Shown here: positions 54,671 through 64,000 of the stretch, piece after piece | Layout: each line of letters begins with the position of its first letter | Numbering within the stretch: the first letter of the stretch is position 1 | Origin: a bacterium | GTDB lineage: Bacteria; UBA8248; JACPRG01; G963555815 | Assembly: GCA_965218795.1 (NCBI GenBank) | Contig: OZ244653.1 | Coordinates: 4,032,001 to 4,096,000, forward strand | DNA length: 64,000 bases | Direction of reading: 5' to 3' | Position numbers and translations under genes: made by a program | The notes under the pieces: model-generated | What the model saw: only the letters and a program-made list of their open reading frames with translations | The model's database searches: none | Told to the model about the DNA's origin: nothing

Positions 54671-57388
54671 CTAATGCGCCTCGTCCCAGTTGTTGCCGGA
54701 GTGGGTCTCGACGACCAGCGGGACGGACAGCTTCTCCGCGCCCTCCATCTCCTCCTGGACGAGCGCCGCGAGCTTTTTCATTTCCTTGGACGGTCCCTCG
54801 AAGACGAGCTCGTCGTGGACCTGCAGGATCATCCGGCTTTTGAATCCCTCCTTCTGCAGCCGAGGATGGATGTTGAGCATGGCCTGCTTGATGATGTCCG
54901 CCGCGGTCCCCTGCATCGGCGTGTTGATGGCCGTCCGTTCCGCGAAACCCCTGAGGTTCCGGTTGGAATGGTTGATGTCGGGGATCGGCCTCCGTCGTCC
55001 GCGGAGCGTCTCCACGTAGCCTTTCTTCCGGGCGTCCTCCAGCGTATCGTCAATGAATTTCTTCACCCCGGCATACCGCTCAAAATAGCCGTCGATGAAG
55101 CGCCGCGCCTCGTCCACGGGGACCCCGATGTTCTGGGACAACCCGAAGGGGCTCAGGCCGTACACGACGCCGTAGTTGACCGCCTTGGCCATCCTCCGCA
55201 TCTCGGGCGTGATGGTTCCCGGAAGAACCCCCGTCACCTCCAGCGCCGTGCGTTCATGGATATCCTCCCCCTTGCTGAACGCCTCCCGCAGGACCTTGTC
55301 GCCGGACATGTGGGCCAGGATCCGAAGCTCCACCTGCGAGTAGTCGGCCGAGAGCATCTTCCAGCCGGGTTCGGGGATGAACGCCTTGCGAATTTGCCGG
55401 CCCATCTCCGTCCGGATGGGAATGTTCTGTAGATTGGGATCGGCGGAGCTGAGACGGCCCGTCGCGGCGACGGTCTGGTTGAACGAGGTATGAATTCGGC
55501 CGGTCTCGGGATGGACGAGCTTCGGCAGGGCCTGGACATACGTGGACAAGAGCTTGGAGAGCTCCCGGTAGGCCAGGATTTCCTGCGGCAGCGGATGCAA
55601 CGGGGCGAGCTTTTCCAGGACCTCAGCACCCGTGGACATGCCGGTTTTCGTCTTTCGAATCGCGCCGGGCGGCGCCTGCTCGTGGAGCTGAAGCTCATCG
55701 AACAGAATCTCCCGAAGCTGGATGGGCGAGTTCGGGTTGAACGCCCGTCCCGCCACCTCGTGGATTCGCTGAAGAGCGACTTCCAACTGGGTCTCCAGCG
55801 ACTTGCCCAGATCGGCCATCAGGTCGAGGTCGATCAGGACGCCCGCCTCCTCCATGTCCGACAGGACGGGAATCAGGGGGACCTCCAACTCGTCGAAGAT
55901 TGGCCGGATTCCGCTCTCGTCCAGCTTGGGGCGCAGGATCTCCACGAGAGCGTACGTCACATCGGCGTCTTCAGCCGAGTAACGGGTGGCCGCTTCGATC
56001 TCGACCTGATTGAACGTCTTCTCGTTGACCCCGGTTCCCGCTACGTCCTTGTACGACATCGTCGGATAATTGAGATGCTCGCGGGAGAGTTCGTCCATGC
56101 CGTATCCTCGGCGCGCGGGGTTCAGAACGTAGCTCGCCAGCATGGTGTCGAACGTGACCCCTTCCATCCTGACCCCGGCCCGGTTCAGCACGATCATGTC
56201 GTACTTGATGTTCTGTCCGTACTTGGGGAGCTTGGGATCCGTCAGGAGCGGACCCAGCTTTTCCAGGACGTTTTGGAGAGACAACTGCTTCGGGACGCCT
56301 GCGTAGTCGTGTCTCACGGGCACGTAGTAGCCCTCTTCCGCTTTGGATGAGAGCGCGAAGCCTACAATCTCGGCCCACATCGGCTCCTTGTGCGTAGTCT
56401 CCAGGTCGATGGCGAAGCCGCCCGATTTCTTGAGCCGCTTGATGAGGGCGTCCAGATCCTTTCCGCTCAGGATCGTGATGTAGTTCTTGTCCGGGGCCGG
56501 TTCATGCTGCGCGCCGCCCAGGATCTCCTCGGCCAGGCTCCGGAACTCCAGTTCTTTCAGCAGATCGGCTGCGCTTTCGCGATCCACCGCTTCGACCTTC
56601 AGGGCGTCGATTCCGAAATGCATGGCCACGTCCGTATCGATGGTGACCAGCTCGACGCTCAGCCTCGCGAGGTCCACGTTTTCCTTCAGCCGTTCCCGCT
56701 GCTTTCCCGGCTTCAGCTCATCCAGCCGTCCGATCAGGGTCTCGACGTCGCCGAACTCCTGCATCAGCAGCTTGGCCGTTTTTTCCCCGATGCCCGGCAC
56801 GCCCGGCACGTTGTCCACGCTGTCCCCCATGAGACCCAGCACGTCCACGACGTGATCGGGCGGGACGCCGAACCGCTCTTTCACCTCCGGAATCCCGATC
56901 CGCCGGTCCTTCATGGTGTCCCACAGGTTAATGTGCGGTCCGACGAGTTGATAGAAGTCCTTGTCGGACGTGATGATCGTGACGTCGAATCCTTCGGCTT
57001 CGGCCTTCCGGGCTAGCGTACCGATGAGGTCGTCGGCCTCGATCCCCTCATCCTCAACGATCGCGACGCCGAGGGCCTGGGTCAGGTCCCGGCAGTAGGG
57101 CCATTGGATCTTGATTTCTTCGGGTGTTTCGGGCCGGTTGGCCTTGTACTCGGGATACAGTTCCAGCCGCTTGGCCGGCGGCCCCAGGTCGAAAGCCACG
57201 GCGCAGTGCGTCGGAACCTGATCCTTCAAGACCTTCCGGAGCATCTGGGTGTATCCATAGACGGCGTTTGTGGGCATGCCCTTGGAGTTGGACAGGCTCG
57301 ACCGGATGGCGTGATAGGCCCGAAAGATGTAGCCCGAGCCGTCGATCAGGTAGAGATGTGGGCGTTCTTTTTGTGGCTTTTTGACCAT
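54671..57388 (-). CDS. polA: DNA polymerase I
   Basis: 5'-3' exonuclease (LIDGS, EADD, GDSVDN), 3'-5' exonuclease (DLET, NIKYD, YSAED) and polymerase motifs (ADYSQVELR, AKAVNYG, QVHDE). Confidence 0.98.
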   Translation of the reverse strand: MVKKPQKERPHLYLIDGSGYIFRAYHAIRSSLSNSKGMPTNAVYGYTQMLRKVLKDQVPTHCAVAFDLGPPAKRLELYPEYKANRPETPEEIKIQWPYCRDLTQALGVAIVEDEGIEADDLIGTLARKAEAEGFDVTIITSDKDFYQLVGPHINLWDTMKDRRIGIPEVKERFGVPPDHVVDVLGLMGDSVDNVPGVPGIGEKTAKLLMQEFGDVETLIGRLDELKPGKQRERLKENVDLARLSVELVTIDTDVAMHFGIDALKVEAVDRESAADLLKELEFRSLAEEILGGAQHEPAPDKNYITILSGKDLDALIKRLKKSGGFAIDLETTHKEPMWAEIVGFALSSKAEEGYYVPVRHDYAGVPKQLSLQNVLEKLGPLLTDPKLPKYGQNIKYDMIVLNRAGVRMEGVTFDTMLASYVLNPARRGYGMDELSREHLNYPTMSYKDVAGTGVNEKTFNQVEIEAATRYSAEDADVTYALVEILRPKLDESGIRPIFDELEVPLIPVLSDMEEAGVLIDLDLMADLGKSLETQLEVALQRIHEVAGRAFNPNSPIQLREILFDELQLHEQAPPGAIRKTKTGMSTGAEVLEKLAPLHPLPQEILAYRELSKLLSTYVQALPKLVHPETGRIHTSFNQTVAATGRLSSADPNLQNIPIRTEMGRQIRKAFIPEPGWKMLSADYSQVELRILAHMSGDKVLREAFSKGEDIHERTALEVTGVLPGTITPEMRRMAKAVNYGVVYGLSPFGLSQNIGVPVDEARRFIDGYFERYAGVKKFIDDTLEDARKKGYVETLRGRRRPIPDINHSNRNLRGFAERTAINTPMQGTAADIIKQAMLNIHPRLQKEGFKSRMILQVHDELVFEGPSKEMKKLAALVQEEMEGAEKLSVPLVVETHSGNNWDEAH

Positions 57389-57506
57389 GGCGAATCACGA
57401 CCCCAAGAAGTCACCGGCATTATAACCGGGCCATTTCCCCAGAGACCGGCTGAACTCTCAGGCAGCTCTTTTCGCGTCACAATAGAAGCGAGCGGCCCGC
57501 AATACG

Positions 57507-58499
57507 TTACTCATGTCCGGGGCGGCGCACGTCCCGATAGTCCTGCGTCTGACGGGCTTCCATCTCCCGCTCCAGGTCGAGCTCGGTCCGCAGGCCCTTC
57601 TTGGAATGCAACAGGTCGTTGGCCTGTTCCAGTGAGCCGGCGTCCTTCACTGCGTGGGCAAGCGATGTCTCCCGGTCCACGACGACCCGGGGGTCGAGAT
57701 AAATCGTCACGGCGCAAACGGGGCTGAGACGGACGAAGCACGTGCCGCTCCGGATGGCCCGAAGACCCTGGGCGCCCCGGAAGCATTCGACCGGCAGCGC
57801 GCTTGCTTCGGTACCCACCTCCTGAGCCAGGATCTCCATCTCGTCCGCCACGTCGGCCGTGATACCCCATGCGCCCAGGAACCCGCCCGCAGCGGCCAGC
57901 TCGCTCACATTCCGATCGATTTCCTCCGGGCTCAGCTCGGCGTCGCTTCCGTAGCCTAGCACCCCCAGCATAGACGGCACCTCCAGTCCCGCCTCGGCCA
58001 AAGCGGCAACCAGAACCGAGTCGCACAGTGGGCTCCGGAGGTCCGGCTCCTCCCCCGTTGCGATAGCGTCTCCTCCCACGTCCACCCCGATGATGCGGTC
58101 GGCGTCCAGCTGGCGGGCGGCCTCCAAAAGACCTTCCGCCAGAGCTTTGGGACCCCCTCCCACGGTCACGAGAAGGGTGTCCCGGCCGCTTATCTCCGCC
58201 ACCTTGGCTTCGGTGAACCGGACGCCCGTCTTCGTCCGGGCTTCCTGACCCGCCCACCAGACCGTATCGTGAATCGGGCGGACCTCTTCCACCTCATCCA
58301 GCGTGCGGGCCCCGGGCTGCGCATCGAAGACCACGCGTTCCCAGGCGACGCCCCCGATGATCGTCTCCGCGCCGAACAACTCCATCAACCTGGCCGTCGG
58401 GAGGGTGCCCACCACGTCGCCGCCGCCGCCGATGCCGAGGACGATGGCGCGCTTGGCGCGGAGGAAATCGGTAAAGCCGTCAACGGAATCAAAGCTCAT
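57507..58499 (-). CDS. DUF1152 family protein
   Basis: GIGGGGDV, VDVGGD, LRSPLCD and G.DAEL motifs. Confidence 0.75.
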   Translation of the reverse strand: MSFDSVDGFTDFLRAKRAIVLGIGGGGDVVGTLPTARLMELFGAETIIGGVAWERVVFDAQPGARTLDEVEEVRPIHDTVWWAGQEARTKTGVRFTEAKVAEISGRDTLLVTVGGGPKALAEGLLEAARQLDADRIIGVDVGGDAIATGEEPDLRSPLCDSVLVAALAEAGLEVPSMLGVLGYGSDAELSPEEIDRNVSELAAAGGFLGAWGITADVADEMEILAQEVGTEASALPVECFRGAQGLRAIRSGTCFVRLSPVCAVTIYLDPRVVVDRETSLAHAVKDAGSLEQANDLLHSKKGLRTELDLEREMEARQTQDYRDVRRPGHE

Positions 58500-58574
58500 C
58501 GGTCAGACCCGGGCATGTACGGAGGGTCCCGGAATCGGGAAGGTTCCCGGAAGAATCGCGCGCGCGTCCGTCCA

Positions 58575-59852
58575 TCAACCCCTGCCGGGTCGGCGAATCT
58601 TACTGGGGGCGGCAAGCCAAACGAACCCGCAGGCCCCCGCGGTCGTCAAACCCACCACGACAAAGGCCCACTGATAACTTTGCATCGTGTCGAATATCCA
58701 GCCGCCGAGCCAGGGACCGAACGCGCCCCCCAAACCGAATCCCGCGGCGAGCGCTCCCATAATGGTGCCGAAACTTCGCCCCTGGAAAATGTCGGCGGAC
58801 ACCGACAGGAAAAGCGGGGCCCTCGACCCGAAGCCGAAGCCATAGAGGACGATAAATGCATAGAGGGGCCACATGACATCCCGTCCGAGGATCATCAACA
58901 TCCAAAGACCCGCCAGCATGACGAACGTGCTGTACAGAAACATCCATTCGCGTCCCCAGCGGTCCGACGCGGACCCCCAGAAGAACATGCCCGCGATGGA
59001 TGAAAAGTAAACGAATCCGAACGCCGATGCGGCCATGGGTTTTGAATAGCCCAAATCGACGATATGAGCGACTTGGTGGACGATCATCAATTCCCCCGAG
59101 ACGGATTGCAGGAAGCAGGCGATCAGCAGGTACCAGAAGACCCGCGTCTTGACAGCCTTACCGAGCGTCCAGGAAATTTCCGTCCAAGCCGTATTAACGA
59201 CTTCCAAAACGACCCGATGACCGCCCATCAGGGGTCGGGGCGCGTCGTAGCCCATGTCCTGGGGCCGCTGCCGCTGGAAGATCAGAATGATGGGGGTCAG
59301 AAAAAGAAAGCTCCCGACGCCGATGACGACGAATGCCGCGCGCCACCCAAAGCCGGAAATCAGGTATTGGGCCAGCGGCGTGATGAACAGGGCGCCGGTT
59401 CCCATCCCCATGAAGGCGATCCCCGAGGCCAGCCCGCGGCCTCCTTCGAACCATCGCGCGACGATGGCAGAGTGAGGGACGTATTCGATCATGACGATTC
59501 CTGCCGCAAGGACCACGCCCAACAGCAAGTAGAGCTGCCAGAGATTGTTGCTGATCGAGGCGAAACCGAATCCCGCCGCCACAACCGCCAGCGCGGCGGG
59601 CATCAGGCGCCTGGGGCCCCAGCGGTCGAGAAGCCAGCCGGAAGCCGGGGCCAGAGCCGCGTAGACGAGGCGGTGAACGGAGTAAATCCCCGCCGTTTCC
59701 GCCCGGCCCCATCCGAACTCCTCGAACAGGGCGACATAAAAGACGCTGAAGCAGTGCCGAAGCCCGAACCCGAACGTGAGGGTCAGCAGGCAGACCCCCA
59801 CGACGACCCAGCCGTAATAAAATCGCGATTCTGTAGGGGCGGAGGCGTCCAA
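58575..59852 (-). CDS. MFS transporter (OFA/MCT-like)
   Basis: YYGW, DRWGPR, WF...RGLA and SDRWGRE motifs; about 12 TM helices. Confidence 0.9.
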   Translation of the reverse strand: MDASAPTESRFYYGWVVVGVCLLTLTFGFGLRHCFSVFYVALFEEFGWGRAETAGIYSVHRLVYAALAPASGWLLDRWGPRRLMPAALAVVAAGFGFASISNNLWQLYLLLGVVLAAGIVMIEYVPHSAIVARWFEGGRGLASGIAFMGMGTGALFITPLAQYLISGFGWRAAFVVIGVGSFLFLTPIILIFQRQRPQDMGYDAPRPLMGGHRVVLEVVNTAWTEISWTLGKAVKTRVFWYLLIACFLQSVSGELMIVHQVAHIVDLGYSKPMAASAFGFVYFSSIAGMFFWGSASDRWGREWMFLYSTFVMLAGLWMLMILGRDVMWPLYAFIVLYGFGFGSRAPLFLSVSADIFQGRSFGTIMGALAAGFGLGGAFGPWLGGWIFDTMQSYQWAFVVVGLTTAGACGFVWLAAPSKIRRPGRG

Positions 59853-60066
59853 AGAACCCTTCCGATCAGGAGCCGGGGAATTCTATCCGTACGGAAATGG
59901 ATTGCGGCCCCGGCCGAGGGCCCCGGCCTTTGTGCACGGGCGGGAATCGGACTCAACCGAAGACAGCTGCGATCCTCTCATGCGGGCGGATGGGCGACAG
60001 GAATCCCTCATGGTTTCCGCCGGTCATAAGTCACACGGGGCGTTCTTCCGGTCTGGATGACCCGAA

Positions 60067-61068
60067 TCAGCCCACCCACTCGGACAGACTGATCGACCTG
60101 CCTTCCGCGGAAGACTTGACGATGGCCTCGACCGCGGCGATGGCCTGGATTCCTTCCACGCCTCCGACCTCGGGCCGGCCGCCGTCTCGCACGCACCGGC
60201 CGAACTCATCCATCTCCTCCACGAGGATATCGACCGGCTCGCCCAATTCCACCGGCTCGCGTTCCTCGCTTCCCTTTTTCTGGAGGAAAAGCCTCGCGCC
60301 CTCGGCCTCGGAAAAGACGTTGGCTTCCGTGCCGTACACATTGAGGTAGAAAATCCGGGGCGTCGCAAAGTTCGACCCCACATACCCCAGCGCACCTGAT
60401 TCGAACTCGGCGATGGCCGTCACCGTATCGTCGATGTCCACCGGAGAAATGAGCCGCTTGGAGAAGGCCGAGATCCGCTGAATCGGACCCAGCAGGTAGG
60501 CCAGGGTATCCAGGTGATGGATGCCCAGGCTGGTGAGGGGGCCGCCGGGGCTTTCCGTCCGGTTGGAGCGCCACATGGTGTCGTCCAGGGTGAAGGCCAG
60601 GCCGTAGGACAGGTTCGCCTCGGCCGTGATCACGGTGCCCAGCGTTCCGTCGTCGATCATGGCCTTGATCTTCCGCGCTGCCGTCTGGTGCCGCCGGCTG
60701 TGACCGACGGACAGGACCACCCCGGCCTCCTCACAAGCCGCCGCGGCCGCCTTGGCTTCCTTTACGGTGTGGGCCAACGGCTTTTCGACGAAAACGTGCT
60801 TCCCCGCGCGGGCGGAGTCTTCGATATTCTCCCGATGCGACGTGTGGGGCGTGGTCAGCAGGACGCCTTCCACCTCGGGATCGGACAGGACTTCTTCGTA
60901 GGTTTCCGCCTGCCGGCAGCCGTATTGTTCGGCAAAGCCCGCCCGCTTTTCGGGGTTCCGGGTAAAGCAGGTCACAATCTCCAGAGCGTCGGTCTGCGCG
61001 ACCGCGTCCGCCAACATTCCCGACCACCATCCAATACCAATACTCGCCACCTTCACGGGATTCGCCAT
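60067..61068 (-). CDS. Gfo/Idh/MocA oxidoreductase
   Basis: IGIGWW, TTP...H, GKHVFVEKP and GIHHLD motifs. Confidence 0.92.
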   Translation of the reverse strand: MANPVKVASIGIGWWSGMLADAVAQTDALEIVTCFTRNPEKRAGFAEQYGCRQAETYEEVLSDPEVEGVLLTTPHTSHRENIEDSARAGKHVFVEKPLAHTVKEAKAAAAACEEAGVVLSVGHSRRHQTAARKIKAMIDDGTLGTVITAEANLSYGLAFTLDDTMWRSNRTESPGGPLTSLGIHHLDTLAYLLGPIQRISAFSKRLISPVDIDDTVTAIAEFESGALGYVGSNFATPRIFYLNVYGTEANVFSEAEGARLFLQKKGSEEREPVELGEPVDILVEEMDEFGRCVRDGGRPEVGGVEGIQAIAAVEAIVKSSAEGRSISLSEWVG

Positions 61069-61198
61069 GGGCGCATTCCTCCGTTTCTCTCATGCCGGCC
61101 TCACCGGCCGTTGGGTCAATCGGTTGGGGGAACAAGGAGAATCCAACCGGATGGCAAAGAGCCGCGCATCTCCCGGCGCGGCCGTCTCCGGTCATGGC

Positions 61199-62641
61199 TC
61201 ACTCGGACAGCTTCTCTTTTATGATCTCCTGAACGACTTGCGGGTTAGCCTTACCGCCCGTCGCCTTCATGACTTGACCCATGAAGAACCCGAGCAGTTT
61301 GGTTTTTCCCGACTTGTATTGTTCAAGCTCTTTCGGATACCCAGCCAGCACCTCATCGACCGCGGACTCGAGCGCCCCCTCATCGGTGACCTGTTTGAGA
61401 CCTTTCGACTCCACGATTCCCGCCGGCTCGCCGCCCGTGGCGAACATCTCTTCGAAAACGGTCTTGGCGATCTTCCCGCTGATGGTGTCATCCTCGATCA
61501 GTTTCACCAGCGCCGCCAGATTCTCCGGTTGGACCGGAGATTCGCTGATGTCTTTTTTCGAATCCTTCAACGCGCCCATCAGGTCGCCCATCACCCAATT
61601 GCTGACTGGCTTGGGCGAGGGATGGGCCCGGACGGCCGCTTCGTAATAATCAGCCAATTCGCGGGATGTCGCCAGGATGCCCGCGTCATAGGCCGGAATC
61701 CCGTACTCCTCCACAAAGCGCTTCTTCTTTGCGTTCGGAAGCTCCGGCATGTCCGCCCGGATTTCATCCAGCCACTCCTGCCCGACGACGACGGGCACGA
61801 GGTCGGGGTCGGGGAAGTACCGGTAATCGTGGGCGTACTCCTTCGTCCGCATGGAGTGGGTGGTCCCCTGGGCTTGGTCCCACAGGCGCGTCTCCTGGAC
61901 GATTTGCCCGCCTTTTTCCAGGGTCCGGATCTGGCGGTCCCGCTCATATTCGAGAGCCCGCTGGAGGAACCGGAACGAGTTGATGTTTTTCAGCTCGGTC
62001 TTGGTCCCCAGTTCCTGAGCTCCCGCCGGACGGACGGACAGGTTGGCGTCCACGCGCAGACTGCCTTCTTCCATATTTCCGTCGCAGATGTCCAGATACT
62101 GAACCAGGGTTCGGAGCTTCTGGACGTATTCCCGGGCCTCCGCGGGAGTGGCCAGGTCCGGTTCGCTCACGAGCTCCAGCAGCGGAGTGCCGGCGCGGTT
62201 GAGATCCACGTAGCTGGCCTTGGGGTCGTCCAGGTTCTCACCGTGAATCAGCTTTCCGGCATCCTCCTCGATGTGGATGCGGACCAGCCGGATTCGCTTG
62301 GGTCCCCCGTCGACGTCGATGTCCACGTGCCCGCCCGTTGCGAGGGGAAGCTCGTATTGGGAGATTTGATAATCTTTGGGGAGGTCCGGATAGAAGTAGT
62401 TTTTCCGGGCGAAGCGGCTGCGGAGCTCAATTCGGCTCTCGGTCGCCAGAGCGAGACGGAGGAGAAATCCGATCGCCCGCTTGTTGAGGACCGGCAGCAC
62501 GCCCGGCATCCCCAGGCAGACCGGGCACGTATTGGCATTGGGCTCGGCCCCGAATGCCGTACTGCACCCGCAGAAAATTTTGGAGCGGGTTTTGAGCTGG
62601 GCGTGAACCTCAAGCCCGATGACGGTTTCGAAGTCGGCCAT
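61199..62641 (-). CDS. gatB: Asp/Glu-tRNA amidotransferase subunit B
   Basis: [29 protein letters not shown] and YRYFPDPDL motifs. Confidence 0.98.
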   Translation of the reverse strand: MADFETVIGLEVHAQLKTRSKIFCGCSTAFGAEPNANTCPVCLGMPGVLPVLNKRAIGFLLRLALATESRIELRSRFARKNYFYPDLPKDYQISQYELPLATGGHVDIDVDGGPKRIRLVRIHIEEDAGKLIHGENLDDPKASYVDLNRAGTPLLELVSEPDLATPAEAREYVQKLRTLVQYLDICDGNMEEGSLRVDANLSVRPAGAQELGTKTELKNINSFRFLQRALEYERDRQIRTLEKGGQIVQETRLWDQAQGTTHSMRTKEYAHDYRYFPDPDLVPVVVGQEWLDEIRADMPELPNAKKKRFVEEYGIPAYDAGILATSRELADYYEAAVRAHPSPKPVSNWVMGDLMGALKDSKKDISESPVQPENLAALVKLIEDDTISGKIAKTVFEEMFATGGEPAGIVESKGLKQVTDEGALESAVDEVLAGYPKELEQYKSGKTKLLGFFMGQVMKATGGKANPQVVQEIIKEKLSE

Positions 62642-62651
62642 CCCGCGTGCC

Positions 62652-64000
62652 TCAAAGCTCCGGATGCATGCGATGAAAATCCGTTTCCCGAAGGTAGGCG
62701 TCCGAGACCCGGAGAATTGTTTCTTCGTCGAACGTCCGGCCGAGAAGCTGGAGCCCCACCGGAAGCCCCGCCGAAGTCAGCCCGCAGGGAATGCTGATAC
62801 CCGGCAGGCCGGCCATATTGCAAGGGATTGTGAACGCGTCGGAGAGGTACATGGTCAGGGGGTCCCCCATGCGCTCGCCGATCTTGAAGGCTGCGGTCGG
62901 AGCGGTCGCCGACAAGACGATGTCCACATCCCGGAAGGCCCGGTCGAAGTCCTCGCGAATGAGTGATCGGACCTTGAGGGCCTTCAGATAAAAGGCGTCG
63001 TAGTACCCGGAGCTCAGAACGTAGGTGCCGATCATGATACGCCGCTTCACCTCGGCGCCGAAGCCTTCGGCCCGCGTCTGCCGGTAGGTCTCGATGAGTT
63101 CCCCGGGCTCGAGGGTCCGGTAGCCGTACCGGACGCCGTCGTACCGCGCCAGGTTGCTTGAGGCCTCGGCAGGAGCGACGATGTGATAGGTGGCCACGCC
63201 GTACCGGCTGGAGGGGAGCGAGATCTCCTTCATCTCCGCCCCCATTCGGCGCAAAACATCGGTGGCCTCGTCGATCCGGGCCTGAACGTCCGGGTCCATC
63301 CCTTCGATGTTGAATTCCTTGGGCAGGCCGATCTTCAAGCCTTTGATGTTGCCGGTCAATGCCTCGGTGAAATCCGGCACGGGCACGTCGGAGGAGGTCG
63401 AATCAAGGGGGTCCTTGCCGCTGATGAAGTTGAGGAGGAGCGCCGCGTCGCGCGCGTCATGCGTCATCGGGCCGATCTGATCCAGAGAGGAGGCGAAAGC
63501 GATCAGACCAAAGCGCGACACCCGTCCGTAGGTCGGCTTGAGGCCGACAATCCCGCAGCAGGCGGCCGGCTGACGGATAGAGCCGCCCGTGTCCGAGCCC
63601 AGGGCGGCGGCGCACATCCCGGCCCCGACGGCCGCCGCGCTTCCGCCGCTCGATCCGCCCGGAATGGTCTCCGGGTTCCACGGGTTTTTGACGATGCCGA
63701 ACCAGGACGTCTCGTTGGAGGAGCCCATGGCGAATTCGTCCATGTTGGTCTTTCCCAGGAAGACGGCCCCGGCATCGCGCAGGCGGGTGACCACGGTGGC
63801 ATCGTATGGCGCGACGAAATTACTGAGGATTTTCGAGCCGCACGTCGTTTTCATGCCGTGCGTGCAGAGCAGGTCCTTGAGCGCAATAGGGACGCCCGTC
63901 AGGGGGGTCACCCCCTCGCCTTTCCGGCGCCGTTCGTCCGCCGCCCGCGCCATTCGCAGGACATCCTCTTCCTCCACTGTGATGTAGGAATTGATCTCCG
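62652..64000 (-). CDS. gatA: Asp/Glu-tRNA amidotransferase subunit A (5' end outside the window)
   Basis: [31 protein letters not shown] and SSNLARYDG motifs; the frame stays open to the window edge. Confidence 0.97.
   Translation of the reverse strand, partial: EINSYITVEEEDVLRMARAADERRRKGEGVTPLTGVPIALKDLLCTHGMKTTCGSKILSNFVAPYDATVVTRLRDAGAVFLGKTNMDEFAMGSSNETSWFGIVKNPWNPETIPGGSSGGSAAAVGAGMCAAALGSDTGGSIRQPAACCGIVGLKPTYGRVSRFGLIAFASSLDQIGPMTHDARDAALLLNFISGKDPLDSTSSDVPVPDFTEALTGNIKGLKIGLPKEFNIEGMDPDVQARIDEATDVLRRMGAEMKEISLPSSRYGVATYHIVAPAEASSNLARYDGVRYGYRTLEPGELIETYRQTRAEGFGAEVKRRIMIGTYVLSSGYYDAFYLKALKVRSLIREDFDRAFRDVDIVLSATAPTAAFKIGERMGDPLTMYLSDAFTIPCNMAGLPGISIPCGLTSAGLPVGLQLLGRTFDEETILRVSDAYLRETDFHRMHPEL

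Overview
GC-rich bacterial chromosomal window; no rRNA, tRNA, CRISPR array, integrase or transposase was seen. Layout: (1) 1-10.1 kb catabolic and transport genes (MaoC, BtuF-like, hydantoinase A plus a B-gamma fusion, NMT1/THI5 binding protein, a lone xanthine-dehydrogenase-family Mo subunit) and a palindromic REP/MITE-like element. (2) 10.3-16.7 kb housekeeping genes (PPP phosphatase, rnr, smpB, tmRNA, panB with a pan-motif attenuator). (3) A ~27 kb surface-glycan cluster (17.2-43.8 kb) bounded by gene remnants, with two decayed SGNH genes, an O-antigen ligase, a MurJ-like flippase, three GT-C membrane transferases, and a nonulosonate/Kdo-like module whose NeuB and one of two NeuA homologues have lost canonical catalytic motifs. 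(4) A TPP-riboswitch transporter plus aldo/keto reductase operon, followed by a ~4.8 kb cassette (SDR, ferritin-like di-iron protein, a 57-aa ORF absent from the ORF track, binding protein, amidohydrolase) bracketed by extra copies of the AKR 3' end. (5) polA, DUF1152, MFS, Gfo/Idh/MocA, gatB and partial gatA. The best novelty candidates are the pseudo-NeuB/pseudo-NeuA/divergent-WaaA module and the AKR-3'-end-bracketed cassette. All family calls rest on motif recognition by eye; no database searches were run.
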